Shown here in pieces: positions 30,588 through 40,562 of a stretch of DNA of 64,000 nucleotides. The stretch is taken from contig CAXXFF010000001.1 of assembly GCA_963676835.2 (NCBI GenBank), forward strand, positions 96,001 to 160,000. Reading direction: 5' to 3'. The notes beneath the pieces are model-generated. The model had not been told where the DNA came from. It did no database searches and was given only the letters and a program-made list of their open reading frames with translations. Every line of letters begins with the position of its first letter. Position 1 is the first letter of the stretch. Made by a program: the position numbers and the translations under genes. Origin of the DNA: Marispirochaeta sp. (GTDB taxonomy: Bacteria > Spirochaetota > Spirochaetia > JC444 > Marispirochaetaceae).

Positions 30588-30703
30588 CTATGCCGTTCCT
30601 GTATTACTGGTTTGGTTTGTTTCAACATTTATTATGCCTGTACTCTATCTAACACTAGCTACTCTCTATCGTCAAGTTAAGCGAACAAAAAGCAGTCCCC
30701 CAT

Positions 30704-31297
30704 TTGCAGTATACAAAGAGGTTCGGTGTGTATAATCTTATGGTCATGTCACTTTTATGCGGTATAGACGAAGCAGGCAGAGGCCCCGTTGCGGGCCCGG
30801 TAACAGCAGCTGCCGTGATTCTTCCGGATAACTTTCCTGTTAATCTGCTTAACGATTCCAAAAAACTGACCCTGAAATCCAGGGAAAGAGTCCTGAAAAT
30901 GATGTTTTCAATGAATGTTCCCGTGGGTATCGGCTGGTCCTGGCCTGAAGAAATTGACCGTATCAATATACATAATGCAACCCTGCTTGCCATGGCCAGA
31001 GCCTATACAGAACTTAAGGTCACCGCCGATAAAGCCGTTATAGACGGACTCTATGTCCCGCAGCTGCCGATCCCGGCGGAGGCAAAGGTAAAGGCCGATG
31101 CCTCGGTACCGGAAGTTATGGCTGCTTCCATCGCTGCAAAAGTAATCAGAGACAGATGGATGATCCGCTATTCATGGTTCGAGCCGGATTACGGCTATGA
31201 CAGGCATAAAGGCTATCCCACAAAAAGTCACCGTGAAGCGTGTATAAAGTATGGACCAAGCCCTATTCAGCGAATGAGCTTCAGAATAAGGCTTTAG
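30704..31297 (+). CDS. rnhB: Ribonuclease HII (true start probably ~30739-30745)
   Basis: GIDEAGRGP, DSKKL, AASIAAKVIRD, HKGYPT. Confidence 0.95.
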   Translation: MQYTKRFGVYNLMVMSLLCGIDEAGRGPVAGPVTAAAVILPDNFPVNLLNDSKKLTLKSRERVLKMMFSMNVPVGIGWSWPEEIDRINIHNATLLAMARAYTELKVTADKAVIDGLYVPQLPIPAEAKVKADASVPEVMAASIAAKVIRDRWMIRYSWFEPDYGYDRHKGYPTKSHREACIKYGPSPIQRMSFRIRL

Positions 31298-31300
31298 CCC

Positions 31301-31606
31301 TCAGCTGTCGGCTCTCTTTTCTTCAGGGTTATTCTGCTTTTTGTTTTTACTGGTTACCTTAACGGTGGCTGGTGCTTTTTTCTTGTCCTGCATGAAACCA
31401 ACGGCCTTATGAAACTCATTAACAAAATCTTCCAGATCTTCACTGAAAACTATTACCGAGTGCCGTTCAAAGCCTGATCCCTCGTTTTTTTTACTTTCAA
31501 CTATATTTAAGAAGAGGTCACCATGACGGTTCTCTTTAACATTAAAAAAATAGGTTCTCTTACCAACTGATGTCTTTGATGAAAAGACCTCCCCGCGAAT
31601 TCCCAT
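31301..31606 (-). CDS. PUR-alpha/DUF3276 nucleic-acid-binding protein (BpuR-like)
   Basis: KRTYFFNVKENRHGDLFLNIVES...FERHSVIVF. Confidence 0.85.
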   Translation of the reverse strand: MGIRGEVFSSKTSVGKRTYFFNVKENRHGDLFLNIVESKKNEGSGFERHSVIVFSEDLEDFVNEFHKAVGFMQDKKKAPATVKVTSKNKKQNNPEEKRADS

Positions 31607-31752
31607 ACATCCCTTCCTTAAAAATCCCCTCAATGGCGGGTTACCAGAATAGCAAAAATAGTATATGAATCGGGCCTCAGATTCAAGCTGATGAGGGCTG
31701 AATTTACCACCCTATTCTTGTGCAGAAGCTTCAGATGGAATAAGCTGTTTTT

Positions 31753-32346
31753 ATGGATACGGAAAAGAAGCTCTGTGCCGCCCACGAATGCTCTGCTTTA
31801 TCGCTGAGCTTTTCAGATTATTGTGCGGTTCATATGGAAGATAAATGTGCCCATTTTGAGAAGGTCAGAGAACAGCTTTCCAGTTTTACCGACCATAACG
31901 ATCTTTTTCTCATCGATATTGACTTTGACAACATCAACCTTGAAGGGCACAGAGTGATGGACTGCCGCTTTGATTACTCGGTTTTCAGAAACTGCAGCTT
32001 TGAAAAAAGCGTACTACAGGGCGGTTTTTTTCAGAACAGCCGGTTTGAACAATGCCGTTTTACGGGCTGTGAAATTCGATACACCGTCTTTGCAGGAGCG
32101 ACATTCACCAACTGTGATTTTTCCGGATCAGATATTCTACATTCGAACTTCAACGGCATTACCGGGCAGGATCTCAACTTCAGCGACTCAGACCTCTATT
32201 ATTCAAGCTTTGTTATGGCGAACCTCGAGAATGTACGTTTTATTGACTGTAATCTGAAGAAGGTCAACTACGTCCGGTCAATTCGTGAAAACGTCAATTT
32301 TAAATACTCAAATTACGAGGAAGCGGTATTTGCCGCAGATCTGTAG
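31753..32346 (+). CDS. Pentapeptide-repeat protein
   Basis: Repeated F/L-x4 units (ATFTNCDFSGSDI...). Confidence 0.85.
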   Translation: MDTEKKLCAAHECSALSLSFSDYCAVHMEDKCAHFEKVREQLSSFTDHNDLFLIDIDFDNINLEGHRVMDCRFDYSVFRNCSFEKSVLQGGFFQNSRFEQCRFTGCEIRYTVFAGATFTNCDFSGSDILHSNFNGITGQDLNFSDSDLYYSSFVMANLENVRFIDCNLKKVNYVRSIRENVNFKYSNYEEAVFAADL

Positions 32347-32349
32347 GCT

Positions 32350-32907
32350 ATGAAGGTTTATACACACTTTAGCTTCCTGGGGTTCTCAAACACCTATCTG
32401 ATCGGGCCTGCCGGCGGGGGAGATGCAATCATTATCGATCCGGGCATTATGGACATTTCCCTGCTGCGGATAATCGAAAATAACAGGTATCACATTCGAC
32501 ACATTCTCATTACCCATAACCATGAAACCCACACCGGCGGCGGGAAAACCCTGCTGAAGATCTACAACGCTTCGGTCTACGGCAGTGCCTACCGTCTGCT
32601 TGATCAGGAATCCAATTTTGTTCAGGACGGGGACACTATCGATCTGAACGGGATCGATGTGGAATGCATTGAGGTTTCGGGGCATTCCAGCGACTCCCTT
32701 GTCTACCGTATCGGATCCTGCTATTTTACCGGTGATGTGCTTTTTGCAGGCAGCATCGGCTCTACTCCCAACAGGTATGCAAAAGCCCTGCTCATTAATA
32801 GTCTTAAAGAAAAAATCCTGTCCCGACAGACTGGCTCCATCTACCCCGGCCACGGGCCTCCCAGTACTATAGAAATGGAAAGTCGCTTTAATCCTTATCT
32901 TATTTAA
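32350..32907 (+). CDS. MBL-fold metallo-hydrolase
   Basis: THNHETH, GHS, FTGDVLF, YPGHGP. Confidence 0.9.
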   Translation: MKVYTHFSFLGFSNTYLIGPAGGGDAIIIDPGIMDISLLRIIENNRYHIRHILITHNHETHTGGGKTLLKIYNASVYGSAYRLLDQESNFVQDGDTIDLNGIDVECIEVSGHSSDSLVYRIGSCYFTGDVLFAGSIGSTPNRYAKALLINSLKEKILSRQTGSIYPGHGPPSTIEMESRFNPYLI

Positions 32908-32969
32908 AGGTGGGCTTAATTCCCGGTTTTCTCAACGATTACCTTTTTGGACAATCATTCCCTGTGCCG

Positions 32970-33887
32970 TTATTTTAAGGCCCGGATTACCGGCGCAAAT
33001 CGCTTATCCAGGGGTGCTCTGAAAGAGCTGCGGTTTTTCAATCCCGGAAGCTGTATTCTCAGTTCAAATGCATGCAGCATCAGTGTGCAGCCGTCTCTTT
33101 CTCCTGCACCGTATAGAACATCTCCCAGAATCGGGTGTCCTATGTGTCTCATGTGTACCCGCAGCTGATGGGTTCTGCCTGTTTCCGGAAAAAGTGCGAC
33201 AAAAGTGGCATCCTTCCAGCGGCTTATAACCTTATACCGGGTTGAAGCATACTTACCGCCCTTTTCCAATACGGTGAACCGCTGCCTGTTTCGAGGTGAT
33301 CTTCCAAACTGCCCTTCTATATGACCGCTGTCTGAAGAAACTACCCCCCGGCAGATGGCAAAATAGGTTTTTCGGGTAGTTTTTTCCGCAAACTGGGCAG
33401 AAAGAAACTGATGGGCAGTCTCGTTTTTGGCGGTAATGAGAATACCGCTGGTATCCTTGTCCAGCCGGTGTACAATTCCCGGACGAAAATCATCCTCTTC
33501 CGGGCCCATATCGCGATAGTAGAGGAGGCCGTGAACCAGGGTGCCTGTATAGTTGCCGGGAGCCGGATGGACAACCATGCCCTGGGGCTTATTAATGACA
33601 ATTACATTCTCATCTTCATACAGAATATCAAGATCGATCTTCTCCGGCTCTACCGTAAGAGGCGGCGGAGTTGACAGTTCGATTTCGACCACATCTCCGG
33701 CGGCAACTTTCCGGGACAGCTTCACTTCCCGGCCGTTTACCCGCAATGCAATAAGCCGCTGTTTCAGCTGGTTACGGCTGACTATGTCTGCCATTTCGCT
33801 TACATACTGATCAATGCGTACCGATCGCTTGAATCCATGAGAAATACAGAATGCATAGGTAAGATTAGATGTAAGGTTCATGTACAA
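32970..33887 (-). CDS. RluA/RluD-family pseudouridine synthase
   Basis: NKPQGMVVHP, HRLDKDTSG, TGRTHQLRVH. Confidence 0.95.
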   Translation of the reverse strand: MYMNLTSNLTYAFCISHGFKRSVRIDQYVSEMADIVSRNQLKQRLIALRVNGREVKLSRKVAAGDVVEIELSTPPPLTVEPEKIDLDILYEDENVIVINKPQGMVVHPAPGNYTGTLVHGLLYYRDMGPEEDDFRPGIVHRLDKDTSGILITAKNETAHQFLSAQFAEKTTRKTYFAICRGVVSSDSGHIEGQFGRSPRNRQRFTVLEKGGKYASTRYKVISRWKDATFVALFPETGRTHQLRVHMRHIGHPILGDVLYGAGERDGCTLMLHAFELRIQLPGLKNRSSFRAPLDKRFAPVIRALK

Positions 33888-33890
33888 CAG

Positions 33891-34304
33891 CTACCTGTAG
33901 GATTTTTCCGGGGTATCACCGAAACCAAGTATAAAATCAACCACCGCCACCGTAAGGGAAAAACCGGCGGCACTAAGCAGGATATTCGCAGTATGCTGAC
34001 TGTCAGAAAAAGGATAGCTGCTGCCGGCGGCAGCCTGACTCAACTGCCAGCCGAGACCGGATAGAATAAAAGTAACCGGAACAGAGCCGAAAAAAATAAT
34101 CTCCCCCCGCCTGAGGGCCAGCAGGCCTGAGTTGAACTCATCGGGACGGTACTCTTCCGGATCATTACCGGCCAGAAGGTCTACACCGGTGGTCAGGACA
34201 GTTGGAAAATAAGAGGTATCCCCATTGGCATTGCGGGGAAAGAGTATGTTGACTGAGCTGAATATAATCAGCAGTACAACCGCTCGGAGGTATTTGCTTG
34301 TCAA
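33891..34304 (-). CDS. Hypothetical membrane protein
   Basis: Signal peptide plus two hydrophobic segments, in operon. Confidence 0.65.
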   Translation of the reverse strand: MTSKYLRAVVLLIIFSSVNILFPRNANGDTSYFPTVLTTGVDLLAGNDPEEYRPDEFNSGLLALRRGEIIFFGSVPVTFILSGLGWQLSQAAAGSSYPFSDSQHTANILLSAAGFSLTVAVVDFILGFGDTPEKSYR

Positions 34305-34984
34305 TTACGTACTCCAAAAAGAGCGGTACCTATTCTCAGCAGAGTCGCCCCCTCCTCTACGGCAATTTCGTAATCTCCGCTCATTCCCATGGATAAAACC
34401 TTCAGGCTGTCCCCGCCGAACCGGGGAATACACTCTTCCCGGAATTCATACAAAGAGGAGAAAGAAGAACGGACAGGTCCTTCATCTGAAGTAAAAGGAG
34501 CCATGGTCATCAGGCCCTTCATTTTCAGTGCCGGTGAATCACACACTCGTTGTATCAGGTTTAAGGCTTCATCCTTTTCCCGGATGCCATGTTTTGCATC
34601 CTCGCCACTGGTATGTATCTCCACCAGAATATCCATACTCCGTTCCTGCTCCAGGGCATATTTTTCAATGGCTTCCAGGGTCCGAAGAGAATCAAGTGAC
34701 TGAATGCAGACTGCAGTTTGAACTGCCTGACGCGCTTTATTCCGCTGGATATGACCGATTAAATGCAGCTCTGCACCGGGGAAGCGGCGGTCAAACTTTT
34801 CTGAAGCCTCTGCAACTCTATTTTCTCCAAACAGCCGGATGCCGAGATCGTAGACTTCCTGTATTGATTCTATTGGCTGAGTTTTGGATACCGCCATAAT
34901 TCGGATATCCTCAATCTCCCTGCCGGATCTTTGAGCCGCTGCGGCAATATTTTCCTTAATCTGTCTGAGGTTTTCTTTAATCAC
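34301..34984 (-). CDS. yggS: PLP homeostasis protein YggS
   Basis: AVSKT, FGENR, IGHIQRNK, LSMGMSGD, RIGTALFG. Confidence 0.95.
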   Translation of the reverse strand: MIKENLRQIKENIAAAAQRSGREIEDIRIMAVSKTQPIESIQEVYDLGIRLFGENRVAEASEKFDRRFPGAELHLIGHIQRNKARQAVQTAVCIQSLDSLRTLEAIEKYALEQERSMDILVEIHTSGEDAKHGIREKDEALNLIQRVCDSPALKMKGLMTMAPFTSDEGPVRSSFSSLYEFREECIPRFGGDSLKVLSMGMSGDYEIAVEEGATLLRIGTALFGVRN

Positions 34985-35137
34985 ACAAGGATTTTACCAG
35001 CATGAAGGTTGTAGGAAAAGGCCTTGCTCCCGCTTCTTGACTTTTACGTACTTCTAACCTATTTTGACCTAGTACTCACATACAGAAATCAACAAAATAC
35101 AGCAACAGCTGATACCAATAGTAAAGGAAGATTCGTA

Positions 35138-36043
35138 ATGTCTGAACAGAACTGGTCAAGCAGACAACATGCAACTTGGAGAAACAAAGTAGGACTTGCA
35201 GAGATGCTCAAAGGCGGCGTTATTATGGACGTAGTAACCCCCGAGCACGCCAAAATCGCGGAAGATGCCGGTGCAGCAGCTGTAATGGCTCTGGAACGGG
35301 TTCCCGCAGATATCCGGGTGACCGGCGGCGTAGCACGCATGTCTGATCCTAAGATGATCAAAGGCATACAGGAGGCTGTGTCCATTCCTGTTATGGCGAA
35401 ATGCCGTATCGGCCATTTTACCGAAGCCCGCATTCTCGAAGCCCTCGGGGTGGATTTTATCGACGAAAGTGAAGTTCTTACCCCGGCAGATGAAGCCTAC
35501 CACGTGGACAAACATCCCTACAAAGTACCTTTTGTATGCGGATGCCGTGATATTGGAGAGGCCCTTCGCCGCATTGGAGAAGGTGCCGCCATGATCCGTA
35601 CTAAAGGTGAAGCCGGTACCGGAGATGTAGTAGAGGCGGTACGTCATATGAGAACCCTGCAGGATGGAATCCGCCGGCTCACCGTTCTTCCCAAAGAGGA
35701 ACTGATGACAGAGGCAAAAAACCTCGGCGCGCCTTATGATCTTATTCTTGAAATTGCCGAAACCGGAAAGCTGCCGGTTCCCAATTTTTCCGCCGGCGGT
35801 GTAGCAACTCCCGCGGATGCCGCTCTTATGATGCACCTCGGCGCTGAATCTGTATTTGTAGGTTCCGGAATCTTCAAATCCGGAAACCCTGCAAAAAGAG
35901 CAAAGGCTATTGTTGAAGCAGTAACCTACTACCAGGATGCCGCAAAGCTTGCGGAGATAAGCTATGACCTGGGAGAACCCATGACCGGTATCGGCATGGA
36001 TCAGCTGCCGGACGATCAGCGTATAGCCGGAAGAGGCTGGTAG
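35138..36043 (+). CDS. pdxS: PLP synthase subunit PdxS
   Basis: [30 protein letters not shown]. Confidence 0.97.
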   Translation: MSEQNWSSRQHATWRNKVGLAEMLKGGVIMDVVTPEHAKIAEDAGAAAVMALERVPADIRVTGGVARMSDPKMIKGIQEAVSIPVMAKCRIGHFTEARILEALGVDFIDESEVLTPADEAYHVDKHPYKVPFVCGCRDIGEALRRIGEGAAMIRTKGEAGTGDVVEAVRHMRTLQDGIRRLTVLPKEELMTEAKNLGAPYDLILEIAETGKLPVPNFSAGGVATPADAALMMHLGAESVFVGSGIFKSGNPAKRAKAIVEAVTYYQDAAKLAEISYDLGEPMTGIGMDQLPDDQRIAGRGW

Positions 36044-36064
36044 GATTCCCAGGGCGCTTAATTT

Positions 36065-36652
36065 ATGAAAATCGGTATTCTCGCTCTCCAGGGTGATTTC
36101 ATCAAACATGGGGAGCATATTAAAAAGCTTGGTCCGGACCCTTTTTACGTCCGGACTCCGGCTGATCTCAACGAAGTTGACGGACTGATTATTCCAGGCG
36201 GCGAAAGCACCACCATCGGGAAACTGTTTGTCGATTTCGGTCTTACAGAAACCTTTCAGAAGCGCAAAGAGACTCTACCTGTTTTCGGCACCTGTGCCGG
36301 TATGATTCTTATGGCACGGGAAATCATTGGAAGAGACCAGTTTTCCCTGGATCTTATGGATATAAGCGTAGAAAGAAACGCTTACGGCCGCCAGATCGAC
36401 AGTTTTGAAGCGGAGATCAATACAGGACTCTCCTCTCTCGGTACAGTTCAGGGAGTGTTTATCCGAGCCCCCAGAATAAGCCGAATCGGTCAGGAGGTTG
36501 AAGTTCTCGCACAGTTCGAGGATTTTCCTGTGCTTATTCGGCAAAAAAACTGCCTTGCCGCATCTTTTCACCCTGAATTGACTGAAAACCTGAACATACA
36601 CCGCTATTTTATAGAGATGGTCAATTCAAATATGGAGTTCAACAATGCATAA
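36065..36652 (+). CDS. pdxT: PLP synthase glutaminase PdxT
   Basis: LALQGDF, PGGESTT, GTCAG, FHPEL. Confidence 0.97.
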   Translation: MKIGILALQGDFIKHGEHIKKLGPDPFYVRTPADLNEVDGLIIPGGESTTIGKLFVDFGLTETFQKRKETLPVFGTCAGMILMAREIIGRDQFSLDLMDISVERNAYGRQIDSFEAEINTGLSSLGTVQGVFIRAPRISRIGQEVEVLAQFEDFPVLIRQKNCLAASFHPELTENLNIHRYFIEMVNSNMEFNNA

Positions 36653-37430
36653 GCTGGCAAGACTGGCCGCAGCCTTTATGGTATTTTTCTCAATCTTCGG
36701 TATTCTGACCGCGGAAGAGCCCCCAATCCCGCAGGACCTTCTCACCCGGCTTGAAGCTGAAGGAGAAATAGTCCGTTATTTCTATGGTGATCTTGATCTC
36801 GAGTTTATGCCTCAAGGGGCACTGACCGAATATATCCGCAGCGATCTTAACGGCCTTGATGCCACCATCGGGGTTGAGGCGATCTTTCTCATGGATATGC
36901 CCGAAAAACTGGCAGCTATGCCGGACCGGGATCTTGCCATTTATAATATTCTCAACCGGGTAAGTACCCTTACAGGAATCGAATATTATTCCGCCAGCCG
37001 GGAACGTATGCGTACCCTCTTCCGTCATTCTTACCGGGTAAAGAACAGTGACGAAAAAGAGGCCCTGCCGGATATCACCTTTTCCGAGATTCCTGCAGCC
37101 CAGGATATTACGGTTTTCCAGGAGGACCTCACCTTCGGGAAAAACCATGTTTCCAACCTGTACCGCTACGAAGACAGCAGGTTTCTTCTTCAGGTGAACA
37201 ACCTCACCACCATGTGGTACTACATTCTGCCACTGGTAAAACCAGGAAACTTCCGCATGGATCTGCTCATTATTCCTCAAGGGGACCAGCTGATTTTCTA
37301 CGGAGCCTGCAGTGTTGATTCAGCCAAACTTTTCGGCATAGAAAAGTCAAAAAAAGACAGTTTCTATAACCGCATCAAGGCTATGCAGAACTGGTTTACT
37401 GCTCAACTTGAGGAAGAATACGGACAGTAA
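36645..37430 (+). CDS. Exported spirochaete hypothetical protein
   Basis: Signal peptide; GIEYYSASR...QEDLTFG...SFYNRIKA. Confidence 0.7.
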   Translation: MHKLARLAAAFMVFFSIFGILTAEEPPIPQDLLTRLEAEGEIVRYFYGDLDLEFMPQGALTEYIRSDLNGLDATIGVEAIFLMDMPEKLAAMPDRDLAIYNILNRVSTLTGIEYYSASRERMRTLFRHSYRVKNSDEKEALPDITFSEIPAAQDITVFQEDLTFGKNHVSNLYRYEDSRFLLQVNNLTTMWYYILPLVKPGNFRMDLLIIPQGDQLIFYGACSVDSAKLFGIEKSKKDSFYNRIKAMQNWFTAQLEEEYGQ

Positions 37431-37507
37431 TACCGTCCTCAAATTTCTTTAAAAATAGCTGCAAAGATACTTGCACAAGCGGCATCTTTGCAGTATATCC
37501 CGCATTA

Positions 37508-38806
37508 GTGGACCCTCTAAAAAAGAACGAGAAATTCAATTTTCTCTTTGTTTCACGCTGGGGAGAAATCCTCGATCTGGCCTGGACATGTGCCCAGGAA
37601 GGTCATCAGGTGAAGATGTTTGTGGATTATCGGCCATGGGCGGATATAGGCGACGGTTTTGTAGAAAAAGTCCGGTCCTGGCGGAGCCATGTAAAATGGG
37701 CGGATATAATAATCTTTGACTATACCGGTTTCGGCAAGGAAGCATCCGACCTGCGTAACCGCGGTAAGTTTGTAATCGGCGGCACCGAGTATACCGACAA
37801 GCTTGAACTCGACAGAAACTTCGGTCAGGAAGAACTTAAACGGCATAAAATCAAGATTCTTGAATATAAAGAGTTTTCAACCACCGATGCCGCTATCGAT
37901 TATATAAAATCCGCACCCAATAAGTACGTAATCAAACCCTGCGGGGAAATACAGGATTACAAACAGCTGCTCTTTGTAGGAAATGATGAAGATGGCGAGG
38001 ATGTTATCCGGGTACTCAAAGCATATGAAAAAACCTGGGGGCATAAGCTCGGGAGTTTTCAGATACAGCGGAAGGTCACCGGGGTGGAAATATCCGTGGC
38101 CGCTTTTTTCAATGGTAGAGAATTTATTAAACCGGTAAATATCACCTTTGAACACAAAAAGCTGTTTCCACGGGAATTGGGAGTTTCCACCGGAGAAATG
38201 GGAACGAGCATGTTCTGGAGCGATACGAGCCCTGTTTTTGATGCCACCCTGGCAAAACTTGAATCACGCCTGGCAGCAGACAGGTTTACTGGACATATTG
38301 ATATAAACACCATAGTTAACGGAAACGGGATTTACCCACTGGAGTTTACATCCAGATTCGGCTATCCCCAGATCCAGATCCAGCGTGCCGGAATCCTCGA
38401 ACCGGTAGGGATGATGCTTTACAAAATTGCATCCGGGCAGAAGTTTAAAATAAACACACGGAAAGGTTTTCAGGTTGGCGTACATATCGTAGTTCCACCC
38501 TTTCCATATGAAGATAAACGCACCTTCAATCTTTTCTCCAAGGATGCCGTGGTTGTACAGAAAAAAAAGATGCGTGACGGTGTACACCCCATGCACCTGA
38601 AGCAGATTAACGGCGAATGGCTTATTACCGGGGATTCAGGCCTTGTTATGGTTGTAAGCGGAACAGGCACCACTATGAAAGAAGCCCAGAAAACAATGTA
38701 CAGCCGGGTAAATAATTTCCTGATAAACAACTGCTACTACAGAACCGATATCGGGGATCGCTGGGGCGATGATTCAGACAAGCTCCACACCTGGAATCTT
38801 TTGTAA
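37508..38806 (+). CDS. Atypical phosphoribosylamine-glycine ligase-like ATP-grasp enzyme
   Basis: TGEMGT, YPLEFTSRFGYP, YYRTDIG; lacks the usual GSGGREHA N-terminal motif. Confidence 0.75.
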   Translation: MDPLKKNEKFNFLFVSRWGEILDLAWTCAQEGHQVKMFVDYRPWADIGDGFVEKVRSWRSHVKWADIIIFDYTGFGKEASDLRNRGKFVIGGTEYTDKLELDRNFGQEELKRHKIKILEYKEFSTTDAAIDYIKSAPNKYVIKPCGEIQDYKQLLFVGNDEDGEDVIRVLKAYEKTWGHKLGSFQIQRKVTGVEISVAAFFNGREFIKPVNITFEHKKLFPRELGVSTGEMGTSMFWSDTSPVFDATLAKLESRLAADRFTGHIDINTIVNGNGIYPLEFTSRFGYPQIQIQRAGILEPVGMMLYKIASGQKFKINTRKGFQVGVHIVVPPFPYEDKRTFNLFSKDAVVVQKKKMRDGVHPMHLKQINGEWLITGDSGLVMVVSGTGTTMKEAQKTMYSRVNNFLINNCYYRTDIGDRWGDDSDKLHTWNLL

Positions 38807-38807
38807 A

Positions 38808-39254
38808 ATGCGGCTCTTCAAAGATATCAGCAACAATCCAAATCCGTTCTGGAAAATCCTGCCGGAGGACTGGAGAATCGAGATTGAACCTGTCTGGGAT
38901 AAATACGCCAGGTGTTCATCCGTTTTTGGGTTACTCAACGACCAGGAGCTTGAAGCAGGACTCATAAGCTTTTCCACAGTATCTCCGGATACCATGTGCT
39001 ACAGAGAGTATGCTGAATCCTGGTTTAAACGGGGATACAGATATATCGGCTTTGTATATGTAGTGGAATCGATGCGGGGACAAGGTCTCGGCAGAGAAAT
39101 ACTTGAGAAGCTTCTGCAGTCTACCCCGAAAACAGCCTACTGGCTGAGTATCGAAGACCATAAACTCCGAACTTTTTATGAAAAGTTATCTTTCAAGCTT
39201 GTAGATAAAATCCCCTGTGGTGATTCTACAGACTGGATAATGTCCAGAGATTAA
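38808..39254 (+). CDS. GNAT-family acetyltransferase
   Basis: VYVVESMRGQGLG, FYEKLSF. Confidence 0.85.
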   Translation: MRLFKDISNNPNPFWKILPEDWRIEIEPVWDKYARCSSVFGLLNDQELEAGLISFSTVSPDTMCYREYAESWFKRGYRYIGFVYVVESMRGQGLGREILEKLLQSTPKTAYWLSIEDHKLRTFYEKLSFKLVDKIPCGDSTDWIMSRD

Positions 39255-39268
39255 CTGCATATTTCTGT

Positions 39269-40288
39269 TTAATTCAGAATCCCCGGTAATGCCAGAAACA
39301 GAAGTAGAAATGCCGGCAGGATAAAAATGTAAAGCAGATAATTAAACAGAATAGTAAAAGAGACAATCTCCTCATGCATGCCATGTTTAGCTGCAAGGAT
39401 TGAAAACCCGGTGGCTGTCGGAACGGTCATCTGGAGAAAAAACACCCAGGCATAAATAGGCTGAATGTTAAGAGGCCGCAGTATTGCAAAGTAGAGTAGA
39501 AAAAACATTCCCGGCAGAATTAAAAACCTGAAAATTGATACATGGATGGTCATTTTAATCATCATTGGCCGTTCAACCTGATTATTAAAAGAAATACCGG
39601 CAATACTGGCTCCAAGACATACCAGAGTTAAGGGAAAAAAAGAAGCTGCCAGCCTGTCAAAGGCATTCATTATCTGAATAAACGGCCAATCAGGATTATA
39701 TAAAATCCCCTGAAGGTGCAGTATGGGAATAAGCATACCGGCAACAAGTCCATATATAGGCGGGCTGATAAGATTTTTAAACTTTACCTTGCCAACTGAA
39801 CCTATCATTAAATAGTTACCGATGGACCACATGGCGGGACTGCCTACAAACAGATAAAGTCCAATATACAGCGAAGGTGTGGTTGTTCCGAACATTGCAT
39901 CCAGCTCGGGAATTACCGAAGGGAACAGTTCCGCAAGAAAAAGCGGCATAAAACCGACGTTACCGAAAACCGATAACGCCATACCGAGTCGCTTATGTTC
40001 ACCGTGGAACCTGAATATTGACAGGTACACCACCGCTATTCCTATGCTTAGAAGCAGAATGATTACAGCAGCAAAGGGAAAGACCGCTCCTGCCAGCAAG
40101 TCTGCAAAATTACTGCGGGACACCCTGACGAAATAATAGACAGGAAGAACGATGTTGATGAGAAATCTGCTTGTCTGGGTGAAAAACGCCTGAGGAAAGG
40201 CATCTTTTTTTCTAAGAATAAACCCTGCGGCAGCAAGGGTGACAAGCTGGATCATTGCCATAAGAACAGGGACAAAATATTGAATCAT
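39269..40288 (-). CDS. AEC-family (auxin efflux carrier-like) transporter
   Basis: Multiple TM helices, FGNVGFMPL, VPTAT. Confidence 0.85.
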   Translation of the reverse strand: MIQYFVPVLMAMIQLVTLAAAGFILRKKDAFPQAFFTQTSRFLINIVLPVYYFVRVSRSNFADLLAGAVFPFAAVIILLLSIGIAVVYLSIFRFHGEHKRLGMALSVFGNVGFMPLFLAELFPSVIPELDAMFGTTTPSLYIGLYLFVGSPAMWSIGNYLMIGSVGKVKFKNLISPPIYGLVAGMLIPILHLQGILYNPDWPFIQIMNAFDRLAASFFPLTLVCLGASIAGISFNNQVERPMMIKMTIHVSIFRFLILPGMFFLLYFAILRPLNIQPIYAWVFFLQMTVPTATGFSILAAKHGMHEEIVSFTILFNYLLYIFILPAFLLLFLALPGILN

Positions 40289-40307
40289 TTACTCAAGGCT
40301 CACATAT

Positions 40308-40356
40308 AAAAAAAACCGGCGTCCGAAATCGACAAGCGATTTGTTACACCGGTTTT
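40308..40356 (-). terminator. Probable native terminator of tRNA-Val, displaced by the insertion
   Basis: AAAACCGGTG...CGCCGGTTTTTTTT on the minus strand, downstream of the att copy. Confidence 0.65.
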
Positions 40357-40388
40357 CCGTAGTTTATTGACTCCGGCAGAAGCCGGTT

Positions 40389-40436
40389 TTTATGGGCGAT
40401 GACGGACTTGAACCGCCGACATCCTGCTTGTAAGGC
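40389..40436. repeat. att direct repeat (duplicated 3' part of tRNA-Val)
   Basis: 48 bp identical to 51680-51727; identity ends 2 bp past the anticodon loop. Confidence 0.97.
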
Positions 40437-40474
40437 CTCTCGGCTTTAGCCCTTACTGTATATACCTGTAGATT

Positions 40475-40502
40475 AGTGTAGCATATATAAAGAATTAGTC
40501 AA
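40475..40502 (-). promoter_or_regulatory. Putative sigma-70 promoter pointing into the att core
   Basis: TTGACT-N16-TACACT with TGn extended -10. Confidence 0.5.
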
Positions 40503-40540
40503 TACTGCTGTAGATGGTTGTAGACCTGTATGTCAAACTT

Positions 40541-40562
40541 TTAGTAACAATTTTGGTAACAG
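40541..40562. repeat. Integrase arm-type site pair (left end)
   Basis: TTAGTAACAA and TTGGTAACAG at 12-bp spacing; matches the pair at 51594-51615. Confidence 0.7.

Noticed and set aside
31753..32346. Qnr-type quinolone resistance gene
   Set aside because: Pentapeptide repeats alone do not indicate Qnr, and the gene sits in housekeeping context.
35156..36118. 320-aa minus-strand ORF
   Set aside because: Antisense shadow of the highly conserved pdxS, with no recognisable motifs.
40389..40436. Second tRNA-Val gene
   Set aside because: Only the 3' part from the anticodon loop onward is present, with no D-arm or 5' acceptor strand. It is the att duplication.
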